Below, one piece after another: positions 1 to 9,425 of a DNA stretch of 64,000 nt; the first letter of the stretch is position 1; each line of letters opens with the position of its first letter. The stretch comes from an uncultured Gammaproteobacteria bacterium (GTDB taxonomy: Bacteria > Patescibacteriota > Microgenomatia > Levybacterales > GWA1-39-11). A program made the position numbers and the translations under genes. The notes below the pieces were generated by a model that did not search any database, had not been told where the DNA came from, and saw only the letters and a list, made by a program, of their open reading frames with translations. Location: the NCBI GenBank assembly GCA_964448725.1, contig CAYVAJ010000001.1, positions 7,525 to 71,524 of the forward strand. Reading direction: 5' to 3'.

Positions 1-344
1 ATGGTATATACCTCAGATACGGTTAAATTTGTTTGTATGTTTTTTTCTTTTGCATAATGTACGGCAACCTCTCCCAGATCACCACGTTTTTTAAACTGTT
101 CCATAGCTGTTCCAGATTCAAGTTCATAGGCAACATCCATGGCTCGCAAAATCATTTTGTCAGCCATACCAAATTCAAGCGGTACATAGATAGGAGCAAC
201 TCTACCTTGCAACAAATAAACCAGCTTATCAATCTCATCAGCTTTTGCTCTTTTAAGAAGATCAGCTAAAATCACGGTAATATCGTTACGAGATGTCGTA
301 TTTTCCAACTTTTCAAGATAAATAGAGAGTTCTTTAAATTGCAT
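1..344 (-). CDS. ATP-dependent DNA ligase, N-terminal DNA-binding domain (gene runs off window start; C-terminal part missing)
   Basis: Minus-strand translation from ATG at 344..342: MQFKELSIYLEKLENTTSRNDITVILADLLKRAKADEIDKLVYLLQGRVAPIYVPLEFGMADKMILRAM... resembles the N-termini of archaeal/eukaryotic-type ATP-dependent ligases. Open frame continues to position 1. Not in ORF track because it has no in-window stop. Confidence 0.5.
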   Translation of the reverse strand, partial: MQFKELSIYLEKLENTTSRNDITVILADLLKRAKADEIDKLVYLLQGRVAPIYVPLEFGMADKMILRAMDVAYELESGTAMEQFKKRGDLGEVAVHYAKEKNIQTNLTVSEVYT

Positions 345-472
345 ACATGTTTAAATCCCAAGTCCCAAGCACCAAATTCCAAATAATACCAAATAGACAA
401 TAATTAAAGTTTCAGAAATTGGATATTCAATTTTATTTGATATTTGAAATTTGTCATTTGGTACTTGCAAAA

Positions 473-1507
473 TTAATTTGCCATTACATATTTTACGCCT
501 TTTGTCCGTCCTTGTTTTTTTAAAATACCTTTTTTCACTAAATCCTGTAAATCTCGCAATACTGTATCCTCTGATACCATTGGAAACATTGACGCAAACA
601 TTCTATTTTCAAAATACCCTACTTTTTGTATATACTCGATTACTTTTATCTGTCTTTCAGAAAGCATTACCGGTCCTCCCAGTTTTTTCTTGAGAGTTGA
701 ATCGATGGAAATAGAATCTATCTTTTCCTTAATTTTTGCAAGCTCTGCTGCAACCACTTCAGTAAAGTATGTAATCCAGTCTGTCTGATCTCCTTTGTTT
801 TTCTGCACACTCTGCAGAGCAGTATAATACGCCACAGGATCATGATCAAAATGTTCCTCAAGAGAAAAGAACTGTCTAATATCATATCCCTCTTTAAACA
901 GAACAAATGTTGAAAGCGCACGACCTACCCGCCCATTTCCATCTAAAAACGGATGGATTCGCACAAACTCATAATGCACTACTCCTGCTTTCAGTACCGG
1001 ATGCATTTCTTTTTCCTTTGAGATGAATGCTAACAGATCTTTTATCTGCCATGGCACTTCTATAGCCTTAGGTGGACGAAAGGAAACTTCACCCGTGATA
1101 CTATTTCGTATTACTACCTCTTTCTCCCGATAATTACCTGATGATTCTTCTGGAAGCACATTCGCAGTTACTGTTTTATGCAAGCGTAAAATAAATTCTT
1201 CATTAATAGACGCACTGGTTTGTTCAACCATTGCTTCGATCACATTACGGTAATTTATAACTTCCTGCACATCACGTTCCCGTGCCACCACACGCTCTCC
1301 ATCAATCACCTTTTGCACCTGCGTAATACTTAATTCATTTCCTTCAATATGAGTTCCATAGTGTGTAGTACGCAGTAATGCCTCTTCCTGAAATTTTTTC
1401 TCCCAATATGGTAAAAGTGGAGCATGTTCAATAACTTCCTTTGCTGCATCAATTGCTCCAATATTGCGTACAATTTTATTGGTAATAGTAAAACTCGGTT
1501 GATACAT
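473..1507 (-). CDS. Fic/DOC family protein (putative AMP transferase)
   Basis: Canonical Fic motif HPFLDGNGRVGR (HPFx[DE]GNGR) in a 344-aa ORF. N-terminal YGTHIEGN resembles the class II autoinhibitory helix. C-terminal winged-helix-like tail. Confidence 0.85.
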   Translation of the reverse strand: MYQPSFTITNKIVRNIGAIDAAKEVIEHAPLLPYWEKKFQEEALLRTTHYGTHIEGNELSITQVQKVIDGERVVARERDVQEVINYRNVIEAMVEQTSASINEEFILRLHKTVTANVLPEESSGNYREKEVVIRNSITGEVSFRPPKAIEVPWQIKDLLAFISKEKEMHPVLKAGVVHYEFVRIHPFLDGNGRVGRALSTFVLFKEGYDIRQFFSLEEHFDHDPVAYYTALQSVQKNKGDQTDWITYFTEVVAAELAKIKEKIDSISIDSTLKKKLGGPVMLSERQIKVIEYIQKVGYFENRMFASMFPMVSEDTVLRDLQDLVKKGILKKQGRTKGVKYVMAN

Positions 1508-1593
1508 GTTTTTTTATAAAAACTAAAAGCATAAAACTTTCATTTAATTCCTTTATCTTTACACTTTCAGATTCTTCTTGTATTATACAAAAT

Positions 1594-1890
1594 ATGGCCA
1601 GCAAAACTAAAAATAACAAAAGTGAAGAAGCCAAGAAGCTTCATATTGAAGTTGTACGACAAATGCTTACTTTGGCCACTTCAGGATTTGGATTGGTCGC
1701 AGCACTCGCCTGGAATGAGTTTGTGAAAGCGCTCGTAGAAAATTATATTAAAAAATATCTTCCTGAAGGGAGCCAAACGATTTCTTTACTTCTCTACGCA
1801 ATTATAGTAACACTTCTTGCGGTTATAGTTACACTCCAGTTATCAAAACTTTTAAAAAGTCTTGATCCTGACAGTAAATCTAAAAAATAA
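1594..1890 (+). CDS. small hypothetical membrane protein
   Basis: 98-aa ORF with two hydrophobic segments. No recognisable motif. Confidence 0.35.
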   Translation: MASKTKNNKSEEAKKLHIEVVRQMLTLATSGFGLVAALAWNEFVKALVENYIKKYLPEGSQTISLLLYAIIVTLLAVIVTLQLSKLLKSLDPDSKSKK

Positions 1891-1909
1891 AGAATCATTA
1901 TAATTCTGA

Positions 1910-2974
1910 ATGTATCTTTCCACATTAACGCTTACTAATTTTCGTAGTTATGCTCGTCAAAAAATTGTACTAGCACCGTTAACCATTATTGTGGGAGAAA
2001 ATACCATTGGAAAAACAAATATTCTAGAAGCAATTCATCTACTTTCTACTGGGAAGAGTTTTCGGGCTGAAAAAGATGTTGACACAATTTCGTTTGATCA
2101 AAATTTCGCACGCATAGATGCATTATTACAGGACGACAATGAGGTCGTGAAAATAACCGTACAATTACTTAATAATTCTCGTGTTTTTCACAAGCGATAC
2201 CTCTTAAATGATGTAGGGAAACGCCTCTCAGATTTTGAATCATATTTTTGCTCAATTATCTTTTCTCCGCAAGATTTAGAGATAATATCTGAATCACCTA
2301 CAATGAGGAGAAAGTATCTTGATAGCGTGTTATCAGCAACCCACTCACCATATCGAAATGCTCTTACTACATACACCAAAGCACTTCGGCAACGCAATAA
2401 GTTATTGAGACTAATACGAGAAGGGAAACGCAAATATGTGGCCGATGAATTTTCATATTGGAACACACTTCTTTTAGAGCATGCACAAACAATCAGCAAT
2501 CATCGAAAAGAATTTATCAACTATATAAATACTGCACCAAAAAATGCTTACTCACTTGAAGGTGTGTATGATGCCAGTCTTATTACTCCAGAACGTTTGT
2601 CAAAATACAGAGAAGCAGAGATTGCAAGCGGTGTAACCCTTATCGGTCCGCAACGTGATGATATACTGCTCTACTTCCCCGGTACTACGAGATTAATACG
2701 AGAGTTTGCTTCACGAGGAGAACAACGTCTTGCAGTCTTACAGTTAAAGTTGCTAGAAGTAGCATATGTTCAAGCGCATACTGAACGTGAGCCTGTGTTA
2801 CTGCTCGATGATATTTTCTCTGAGCTTGATTCCCACAATATTGCACTTATTTCTCGCTTATTACCTGGAAGACAGGCCATCATTACTACGACTCATCTAG
2901 AATACATTCCTGAAGACATCTTAAACCAATCACAAATACTACGACTACCTGAAGATTTAAAAAGCGAAAGTTAA
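1910..2974 (+). CDS. recF: DNA replication and repair protein RecF
   Basis: N-terminal LTNFRSY...GENTIGKTNILEAI Walker A and overall RecF-like layout. 354 aa. Confidence 0.85.
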   Translation: MYLSTLTLTNFRSYARQKIVLAPLTIIVGENTIGKTNILEAIHLLSTGKSFRAEKDVDTISFDQNFARIDALLQDDNEVVKITVQLLNNSRVFHKRYLLNDVGKRLSDFESYFCSIIFSPQDLEIISESPTMRRKYLDSVLSATHSPYRNALTTYTKALRQRNKLLRLIREGKRKYVADEFSYWNTLLLEHAQTISNHRKEFINYINTAPKNAYSLEGVYDASLITPERLSKYREAEIASGVTLIGPQRDDILLYFPGTTRLIREFASRGEQRLAVLQLKLLEVAYVQAHTEREPVLLLDDIFSELDSHNIALISRLLPGRQAIITTTHLEYIPEDILNQSQILRLPEDLKSES

Positions 2975-3025
2975 TCTACTTGAGAAATAATAACAACATT
3001 TTGACAGAAAATATTGAGATAGACT

Positions 3026-3763
3026 TTAGGAGATAGTCGTGCCAATAAAATCTGTATTAAGAAAATATTTTTCCAGATTTTCAAAATTATTACCTTTTAT
3101 AATAACAACTGTCAATCCAAGTTCTCGAGCTTTTTTTGCTGCAATAGGGTCAAATGGAACATTCATACCAGGAGTCCATTCCTCACCAACAAGTTTTTGA
3201 AAATTATCCCAAGAAATTGTATCGATTGGCGTTGCATCAGGATTGTCTTTAGGATCAGAATCAAATACTTTTTCAATATTTGACATATTAATAACAGTAC
3301 CCACTGTATAATCCTCACATACCATTGTCGCACAAAAATCTGTAGACCAGCCAGGACGCCAGCCTGACGCAACCACCACTGGCTCCTCTACCTTTCGAAT
3401 GATATCATACCGATCTAAAATAACAGGGTGTGCTACATCTCGAAAAATTGTTCGCACGAGATGAGCATTTACCCGAGTTGCATGAATTCCTAACCAATCT
3501 AAATCTTCATTGGTTACTTTTTGAATAACTTCCCGTGCAGCTTTTTGATACTGACGAGTTGTAGTACCGCCACCAACCACAATAAAAAACTGATAGTCTG
3601 GATTTTGTTCTAGTTTTGAACGGATGAAAGTATTAAATTTGGAGAGAAAATCAGTATCAATACCGGATGGTGGGACAATTAGTGATCCTCCCACTGACAT
3701 AACAATTTTCTTTTTTTTATTTGGTTTGTAAACCATGCCATCCATAACCTTATCAAACAGCAT
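3026..3763 (-). CDS. pyrH: UMP kinase (amino-acid kinase family, archaeal-like PyrH)
   Basis: VGGSLIVP and FIVVGGGTTTRQY glycine-rich kinase motifs. DWLGIHATRVNAHLV resembles the UMPK D.LGMLATVMNA block. Confidence 0.65.
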   Translation of the reverse strand: MLFDKVMDGMVYKPNKKKKIVMSVGGSLIVPPSGIDTDFLSKFNTFIRSKLEQNPDYQFFIVVGGGTTTRQYQKAAREVIQKVTNEDLDWLGIHATRVNAHLVRTIFRDVAHPVILDRYDIIRKVEEPVVVASGWRPGWSTDFCATMVCEDYTVGTVINMSNIEKVFDSDPKDNPDATPIDTISWDNFQKLVGEEWTPGMNVPFDPIAAKKARELGLTVVIIKGNNFENLEKYFLNTDFIGTTIS

Positions 3764-3819
3764 TTAAAATTGCAATTAAAATCGTTGACAAATATAAAAC
3801 TGTACACTATAGTGTTTAT

Positions 3820-4584
3820 ATGGCTTCAAATTCACGAACAAATAAAAAAGTGCCTTTTTTAGATCGTCTTAATACTATAACTTCACAACAATTACTCTAT
3901 AGTATTCTTCTGATCGCGGTCTTTTTAGTCGGATACTTGTTAGCACGAGTACAATCACTGGAAGGACAAAATGGAACAACACCCGTAGCAGGAACAGCAC
4001 AGGTTGCTCCAGGTGATACAGCACCTGCTGCAAAAGTTGATGTTGCTAATGGTACACTTCCTGCGCTTGGTGATGAAAATGCACCAGTTACCATCGTTGA
4101 GTTTTCTGATATGCAGTGCCCATTCTGTCGATCATTTTTCACTGGAGCATATCAACAAATAAAATCTGAGTATGTTGATACTGGAAAAGTCGTGATGTAT
4201 TTACGCCATTATCCTCTTTCATTCCACGCTGCAGCACAAAAAAGTGCAGAAGCACTTGAATGCGCAAATGAACAAGATAGCATGTGGCAATTTCATGACC
4301 TTATGTTTAATAAGCAGCAAGAGCTTGATCCAAGCGGAGGAACAGTGGATTACACAACCGATGATATAAAAACATGGGCAACGGAACTTGGTATTAATAC
4401 TGCATCATTTAATGAGTGTCTTGATAGTGGTAAATATGCTGAAAAAGTTGCACAAGATACGGCAGACGGTAACGCAGCTGGTGTAAGTGGTACTCCTGCA
4501 TTCTTTATTAATGGGACACCAGTTGTAGGAGCACAACCATATGAATCATTCAAAGCTCTTATCGACCAAGAATTGGCAGAATAG
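3820..4584 (+). CDS. DsbA-family thiol:disulfide oxidoreductase (membrane-anchored, thioredoxin fold)
   Basis: N-terminal TM helix, Ala/Pro-rich linker, CPFC active site (MQCPFCRSF) in a thioredoxin-like domain. Confidence 0.8.
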   Translation: MASNSRTNKKVPFLDRLNTITSQQLLYSILLIAVFLVGYLLARVQSLEGQNGTTPVAGTAQVAPGDTAPAAKVDVANGTLPALGDENAPVTIVEFSDMQCPFCRSFFTGAYQQIKSEYVDTGKVVMYLRHYPLSFHAAAQKSAEALECANEQDSMWQFHDLMFNKQQELDPSGGTVDYTTDDIKTWATELGINTASFNECLDSGKYAEKVAQDTADGNAAGVSGTPAFFINGTPVVGAQPYESFKALIDQELAE

Positions 4585-5119
4585 TTTAGCCTTCCTACAC
4601 CCTGCCTTGATTGCTCTTCGCACACAGGTTTTATCAGGTAGATTTATTCGCAAGTCCATTGCAATCTCACTTATTTATCTTATTGCCTCAAATATTATTA
4701 ATAGCTTTGCTATCTACTCAAATATATTCTCACAAAACTTTCCCTTCCTTTTAAAAATTAAGATTACTCTCCTCATGTTTTGGGGCAATTTTACTCTATT
4801 TGGTGAAATAAATACGTTTGTTATTACGGTAACTGCACTACTTGTAGGAATGAATATTATGCTTGTCACGAAAAAACTTGCTATTGTAAGATCACAAAAA
4901 AATGCCCATTGGACATTTGGCGCAGGAATTGTAACACTCGTTTCGTCAAGCTGTCCCGGATGTGGTTTTTCACTTCTTTCCGTTACTGGACTGACAGCTG
5001 CAATCCCGGGTCTACCATTTCATGGATTAGAATTCTCTTTGCTCACATTAGGTATTATTTCTTTAACGAGTGTCTATAATCTGCGTACACTAGGTATCCA
5101 GTCTTGTTCTCTTCCATAA
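4541..5119 (+). CDS. hypothetical polytopic membrane protein with CPGC motif (possible redox partner of DsbA; true start probably downstream of 4541)
   Basis: Several hydrophobic helices and SSCPGCGFS in a membrane segment. The 44-nt overlap with the dsbA-like gene suggests a later start codon. Confidence 0.3.
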   Translation: MNHSKLLSTKNWQNSLAFLHPALIALRTQVLSGRFIRKSIAISLIYLIASNIINSFAIYSNIFSQNFPFLLKIKITLLMFWGNFTLFGEINTFVITVTALLVGMNIMLVTKKLAIVRSQKNAHWTFGAGIVTLVSSSCPGCGFSLLSVTGLTAAIPGLPFHGLEFSLLTLGIISLTSVYNLRTLGIQSCSLP

Positions 5120-5134
5120 AAAAGATACTAATAA

Positions 5135-5974
5135 TTAGCGCTGGCAAACAGTACAAACAAAAGTACCTCGACCACCTACAATAATTCGCTGAATGCTATT
5201 TCCACACCGCATACACTTCTCTCCTGCTCTTCCATAGACAAGAAAATAGTCTTGATACTGACCATCCTGTCCAAGTGCATTAACATAGTTGGTGTCGCTA
5301 GCTGCGCCTTGTTCAAGTGAAAACGCCATAATCTTATGAATTGCAGAAAATAATCGTGCGATTTCTTCTGCTGTAAGAGTATTTGCAGCGCGCCTTGGAT
5401 CAATTTTTGCTTCATACAGTGCATCATTTGCATATATATTCCCTATCCCGCCTATTTTATGCTGATCAAGCAAGAGTGTTTTTATTGGTGCTTTTGCATG
5501 AGCGGTTATTTTCTTTAAATATTCCACCGTAAGATCTGTAAATGGCTCAGGTCCAAGCGTATGAAAAAAGGAAATCGTTTGGAGATCATCTGTAGGCAGC
5601 ACCTTCATCCATCCGAAACGTCTTATATCGTTATAATATAATTGAGCGTTTTGATCGAGGTAGAAGATGATTCTTGTATAATTATTGGGAAGTGTTTTTA
5701 CTTTAGAAGATAGCTTTTTATCCTTTGTCTTCTCTCCTCTATAGATTAGCTGACCAGTCATTTTTACATGAATAGCAAGAGAGAAATTGTTATCAAAATC
5801 AATAAGCAGACCTTTTCCGCGCCGTCTAATATCAATAATAATATTACCAACAATCTGTTTTTCAGATCCTGAAATACGCAGCGGGTCAAGAATCTGGACA
5901 CCTTGTATCGTATGGCCAATAAGATATTTCTGTAACCCTCGTTTAATAATTTCAACTTCAGGTAATTCGGGCAT
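5135..5974 (-). CDS. mutM: formamidopyrimidine-DNA glycosylase (Fpg/MutM, Nei family)
   Basis: N-terminal MPELPEVE catalytic Pro2/Glu3. C-terminal zinc finger CMRCGNSIQRIIVGGRGTFVCTVCQ. Confidence 0.85.
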   Translation of the reverse strand: MPELPEVEIIKRGLQKYLIGHTIQGVQILDPLRISGSEKQIVGNIIIDIRRRGKGLLIDFDNNFSLAIHVKMTGQLIYRGEKTKDKKLSSKVKTLPNNYTRIIFYLDQNAQLYYNDIRRFGWMKVLPTDDLQTISFFHTLGPEPFTDLTVEYLKKITAHAKAPIKTLLLDQHKIGGIGNIYANDALYEAKIDPRRAANTLTAEEIARLFSAIHKIMAFSLEQGAASDTNYVNALGQDGQYQDYFLVYGRAGEKCMRCGNSIQRIIVGGRGTFVCTVCQR

Positions 5975-6010
5975 GGAGCAATTGTATCATATGAATTATT
6001 TTTACTGCTC

Positions 6011-6421
6011 TTGCGTATCTTAAGGTCACGTTTTATACTAAAAGAAATACTGGGAAGCATGCAGATGGTCTGCTGTTACTTTCCAGATTATTACCGAAAG
6101 GGAAGCCCAATGAGGACAAGAACAGTCCTGCATGTATCGTTCGTCAACTGTCCTCATGGAGCAGTTGAGCAATTTGACAAAAAGCTTAAGAACTCACCGA
6201 TTCAGGCCCGGTTCCGGACAATGCTTGCTCATAATAAGCAAGCATATATCAATCGGTGTAACCGGAGAGTCTGTGAAATCGAGGTACTAGATCTAGCACA
6301 CATGGACCTGCTGGAGCAACTCGTAAAGGAAGAGGAGTGTAAAGTCGTCAACAAAACATACGTTGACATCTTTGACAATCCTGTTTCGGTCGAACAGCTT
6401 GAACTTGTTGCTGCTGATTAG
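6011..6421 (+). CDS. hypothetical Cys-rich protein in a short GC-enriched segment (start uncertain, possibly the Met 17 codons in)
   Basis: Only long ORF in this segment. Higher GC than flanks. Six Cys. No recognisable motif. Weak call. Confidence 0.25.
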   Translation: MRILRSRFILKEILGSMQMVCCYFPDYYRKGSPMRTRTVLHVSFVNCPHGAVEQFDKKLKNSPIQARFRTMLAHNKQAYINRCNRRVCEIEVLDLAHMDLLEQLVKEEECKVVNKTYVDIFDNPVSVEQLELVAAD

Positions 6422-6445
6422 TTCGACAGGCCTTCCTGTTGCCCT

Positions 6446-6470
6446 GCGCCTTCGGCTCACCCGAAGGCGC
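6446..6470. terminator. GC-rich hairpin (GCGCCTTCGG-ctcac-CCGAAGGCGC), possible bidirectional terminator without a clear U-tract
   Basis: Perfect 10-bp inverted repeat between convergent genes 6011..6421(+) and 6508..7611(-). Confidence 0.35.
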
Positions 6471-6507
6471 AATTACTTTCACTGAGATAAAATATTTTGA
6501 AATGAGA

Positions 6508-7611
6508 TTAAGAGGCAACTATTTTTTTTATACTGGAGGTAAACACGTTTTTGTGAAACTTTTCCGCTTGTTTATAACAAGCATCAGCCGATATTTTTAT
6601 GTCTTCAAAGGAGTCTACAGCTTTCATTAATTGCTCTGGAGTATTTTGCTTATAAAATATCCCAGTTTCCCCATCCACAACAGTTTCTTTCACTCCTCCG
6701 CTCTTATACGCAATAACAGGTGTTCCCTGAGCCATTGCTTCAACTGGCGTTATGCCAAAATCCTCATCATATGAGGCAAAAATAAATGCTTTTGCGCCTC
6801 TCATCAACTCTTTTTTTTCTTCATCTGTTACTTCACCGACAAACTCAATATTCTCCCCTGCTTTTGCCCTCAACTCTTCCCCATATCCAGCAAACCCTTT
6901 TCCAAATATTTTTAGAGGCTTTTTATTCTGAGTAAAGCTATCGACAATAATATCCATTCCTTTTGCACGCGCAAGTCGTCCCCCCGCAAGATAGTAATCT
7001 CTTGCTAATTTTGATTTTTTATCAGTTATCTGTGAGTTTATATTAACTGGTGGATACACAACAACTGCATCTCTATGGTAGAATTTTCCAATACGAGCTG
7101 CTACTTCCTGTGAATTAGCAATAAATTGATCCACATTCCTACTTGCAGTAAAATCAATGATCCGCAAGAAGTGATTTGCAACTTCAGCAAGTGCTGATAG
7201 TACTTTATATTTTTTCCAGTCACGGGCAGTTTTGTATCCATACAAGTATCGAGGAGGAGTATGACAATATGCTATTAGTTTCTGGTTCTTGGTTTTTGGT
7301 ATTAGATTGGGAAAATATGCACCAGTCTGAGAAGTAATAATTACATCATACCCTGATAAATCCATCAATTTAAATGCTAGGGGGGACAATAATCTTAAAG
7401 GGGAAATAAGTTTGTGAGCAAAAGGAATATACTGCATCCAAGATTTTTGTATATTCATTTTCTCAAAACGTTGTCTATGTGGACCAAGGAATTGTGGGAA
7501 ATAAAGAGAAGTATAAATTGGGGCATCAGGGAAGATTTCATGCAAGGTCTCGAGCACCCGCTCGGCTCCACCATACTCTTTAACATAGTCATGAACTAGT
7601 GCTACTTTCAT
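6508..7611 (-). CDS. glycosyltransferase family 4 (GT-B, group 1)
   Basis: 367 aa. N-terminal KVALVHDYVKEYGGAERV and C-terminal E..GITPVEAMAQGTPVIA motif typical of GT4 enzymes. Confidence 0.8.
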   Translation of the reverse strand: MKVALVHDYVKEYGGAERVLETLHEIFPDAPIYTSLYFPQFLGPHRQRFEKMNIQKSWMQYIPFAHKLISPLRLLSPLAFKLMDLSGYDVIITSQTGAYFPNLIPKTKNQKLIAYCHTPPRYLYGYKTARDWKKYKVLSALAEVANHFLRIIDFTASRNVDQFIANSQEVAARIGKFYHRDAVVVYPPVNINSQITDKKSKLARDYYLAGGRLARAKGMDIIVDSFTQNKKPLKIFGKGFAGYGEELRAKAGENIEFVGEVTDEEKKELMRGAKAFIFASYDEDFGITPVEAMAQGTPVIAYKSGGVKETVVDGETGIFYKQNTPEQLMKAVDSFEDIKISADACYKQAEKFHKNVFTSSIKKIVAS

Positions 7612-8546
7612 TAAATTAATTTCATCTGTGCTTTGCTATCCCCATTTTTGCCAAACACATCATCAAGACGCCTGGTTAACGTATTAAATGAATATTTTTT
7701 AAACGCTTGAGTAAATTTATCCTTGGTAAAATGCGCAACATCACATTCCTCAAGTGAGAAAGCAAATGGAACTTGGGTGTCAATTGTCGCAAGTTTTTTT
7801 GCTAAAAATGCCTGATCTGAACCCTCAGCTAATTTTTTAGCTAATTTTGGATTTTTTGTCTCTATCTCTCCTATTTTTTCAAAAACAGTTTCAAAATGCT
7901 CGTAGTCTTGCAACAGTTGCATCGCAGTCTTTGGTCCGACTCCTGGCACCCCAGGGTAATTATCAGACGCATCACCCATAAATGCCTTTAAATCTATAAA
8001 CTGGTCTGGGCGTACACCGAATTTTTCTTTTACCCGTGCGGCATCATACAGCGCCACCTCACTAATTCCTTTAATAGGCATTAGCACTTTTGTGTCTGTA
8101 TCAACAAGCTGCAACAAATCACGATCTCCTGTCACAATATATACGTGTATATTGTCATATTCTGTATTGAGCTTGGCATTGATCGTACCAATTAAATCAT
8201 CTGCTTCAAATCCATCAAGTTCGAAGAGCGGAATTCCAACCGCTGAAATCAGTTCACGTATTGAGGAAAATTGCTCAGCCAACTCGTCTGATGCTTTGGG
8301 GCGATTTGCATGATACCCCACATACATCTGCTGACGAAAGGTGGGTTCTCCCCGATCAAATGCAATGGCAATATAATCAGGCTTCATGTGCTGCATCAGC
8401 TTTAAAAGCATGGAGAAAAATCCAAACAACGCACCGGTTGGTGCCCCATCTGGTGAGGTAAAGTTTGGCATTGCGTGATACGCACGGTGCAAAATCGCAC
8501 TCCCGTCAATGAGCATAAATATTTTTTTACCTTCTGGATGCTGCAT
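7611..8546 (-). CDS. 5'-3' exonuclease (Pol I N-terminal domain / FEN-like, stand-alone)
   Basis: LIDGSAILHRAYHA, GFEADDLIGT, TGDRDLLQLV and H3TH region GVPGVGPKTA. Confidence 0.85.
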   Translation of the reverse strand: MQHPEGKKIFMLIDGSAILHRAYHAMPNFTSPDGAPTGALFGFFSMLLKLMQHMKPDYIAIAFDRGEPTFRQQMYVGYHANRPKASDELAEQFSSIRELISAVGIPLFELDGFEADDLIGTINAKLNTEYDNIHVYIVTGDRDLLQLVDTDTKVLMPIKGISEVALYDAARVKEKFGVRPDQFIDLKAFMGDASDNYPGVPGVGPKTAMQLLQDYEHFETVFEKIGEIETKNPKLAKKLAEGSDQAFLAKKLATIDTQVPFAFSLEECDVAHFTKDKFTQAFKKYSFNTLTRRLDDVFGKNGDSKAQMKLI

Positions 8547-8585
8547 AGATGCATTTCATTATAACAAAGTATGAGTAGTCATTAA

Positions 8586-8614
8586 GCCAAAAAAAGGCCC
8601 CTCCTCAGGCCTTT
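8586..8614 (-). terminator. Rho-independent terminator (AAAGGCC-cctcctca-GGCCTTT; 7-T run on minus strand)
   Basis: Perfect 7-bp stem flanked by an A-run and T-run, immediately downstream of minus-strand ORF 8670..8855. Confidence 0.55.
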
Positions 8615-8669
8615 ATTAACCCGAGAAGGGGCAAGATTCAGTACAGCTGTACTGAAAATAGATGCGAAC

Positions 8670-8855
8670 CTACTTGCGCAGCTCCATGATTGTGAACGCA
8701 AGCACCAATCCAACCGCAATGAAGTAGACCGACAGCCCCACAATAGCGATCAGAACAGCCATTAAAATAATGGCAGCCATAATGACTCCCACTAAATCCA
8801 GAGCAGAGTCCTCATGAGCAGTGTAATACGCTGGGCCGTGATTATGCCGGGACAT
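8670..8855 (-). CDS. small hydrophobic protein (61 aa, 1-2 TM)
   Basis: ORF in a GC-enriched segment, followed by a good terminator. No motif. Confidence 0.35.
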   Translation of the reverse strand: MSRHNHGPAYYTAHEDSALDLVGVIMAAIILMAVLIAIVGLSVYFIAVGLVLAFTIMELRK

Positions 8856-9032
8856 TGTCTTATCCTTCCGACCCTTTCGGGAATAATACAGACAACAAGG
8901 CTCTTGAGTACCCCTTTCTACTTATCCCTATATGGGATACAGCTTTCCATAGCAGCGGCTAGATAACCACTTGGGTCACTCTCCGCTTTGAGAACTGTTG
9001 CATACACCGGAACGGGTGTCTTGAGTCTCACT

Positions 9033-9425
9033 TCAGACTCTTCGAACTCCGGAAATATCCGGAGCATCATCCGGATCAAACAGGAAAAAAACATTTCCAT
9101 CATCATGATGGCTAGTTTCATCTTGTGTTCCTTTCTGCTTTTGGTACCATTCCGCACTAAAAGGTGTTATCCCTTTCTTCTTCTGACCTGACCGTCGCGG
9201 CCATGTCAACGAAGTAACTGTTCTCCAAATTCCACGGAGGAAAAAATAATAGAGATAGGCACAAACACCTATCAACGAGAGCGCCCACCAAATGCCAAGA
9301 GTCTCTTCGAGGTATATAAACCCCATGAGAAATGCTATGGAAAGAGCAAGCGTCCGCGACCATTTTGGCCCTTTAATAGCGAGAATGATTATGAGTAGAA
9401 TTAGCGCAATAAAAACAAAGGACAT
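9033..9425 (-). CDS. hypothetical membrane protein (GC-enriched segment; start and frame uncertain, overlaps alternative ORF 8918..9157)
   Basis: Two hydrophobic helices and an acidic C-terminus. Competing overlapping ORF in another frame. Confidence 0.25.
   Translation of the reverse strand: MSFVFIALILLIIILAIKGPKWSRTLALSIAFLMGFIYLEETLGIWWALSLIGVCAYLYYFFLRGIWRTVTSLTWPRRSGQKKKGITPFSAEWYQKQKGTQDETSHHDDGNVFFLFDPDDAPDISGVRRV

Noticed and set aside
6011-6500. RNase P RNA, tmRNA or SRP RNA hidden in the GC-rich segment
   Set aside because: None of the universally conserved boxes (GGAAAGUCCGG / ACAGAAxCCGGCUUA for RNase P; tRNA-like GGGGGUUCGAUUCCCCC...ACCA end for tmRNA; GGAAGCAGCC for SRP) are present on either strand.
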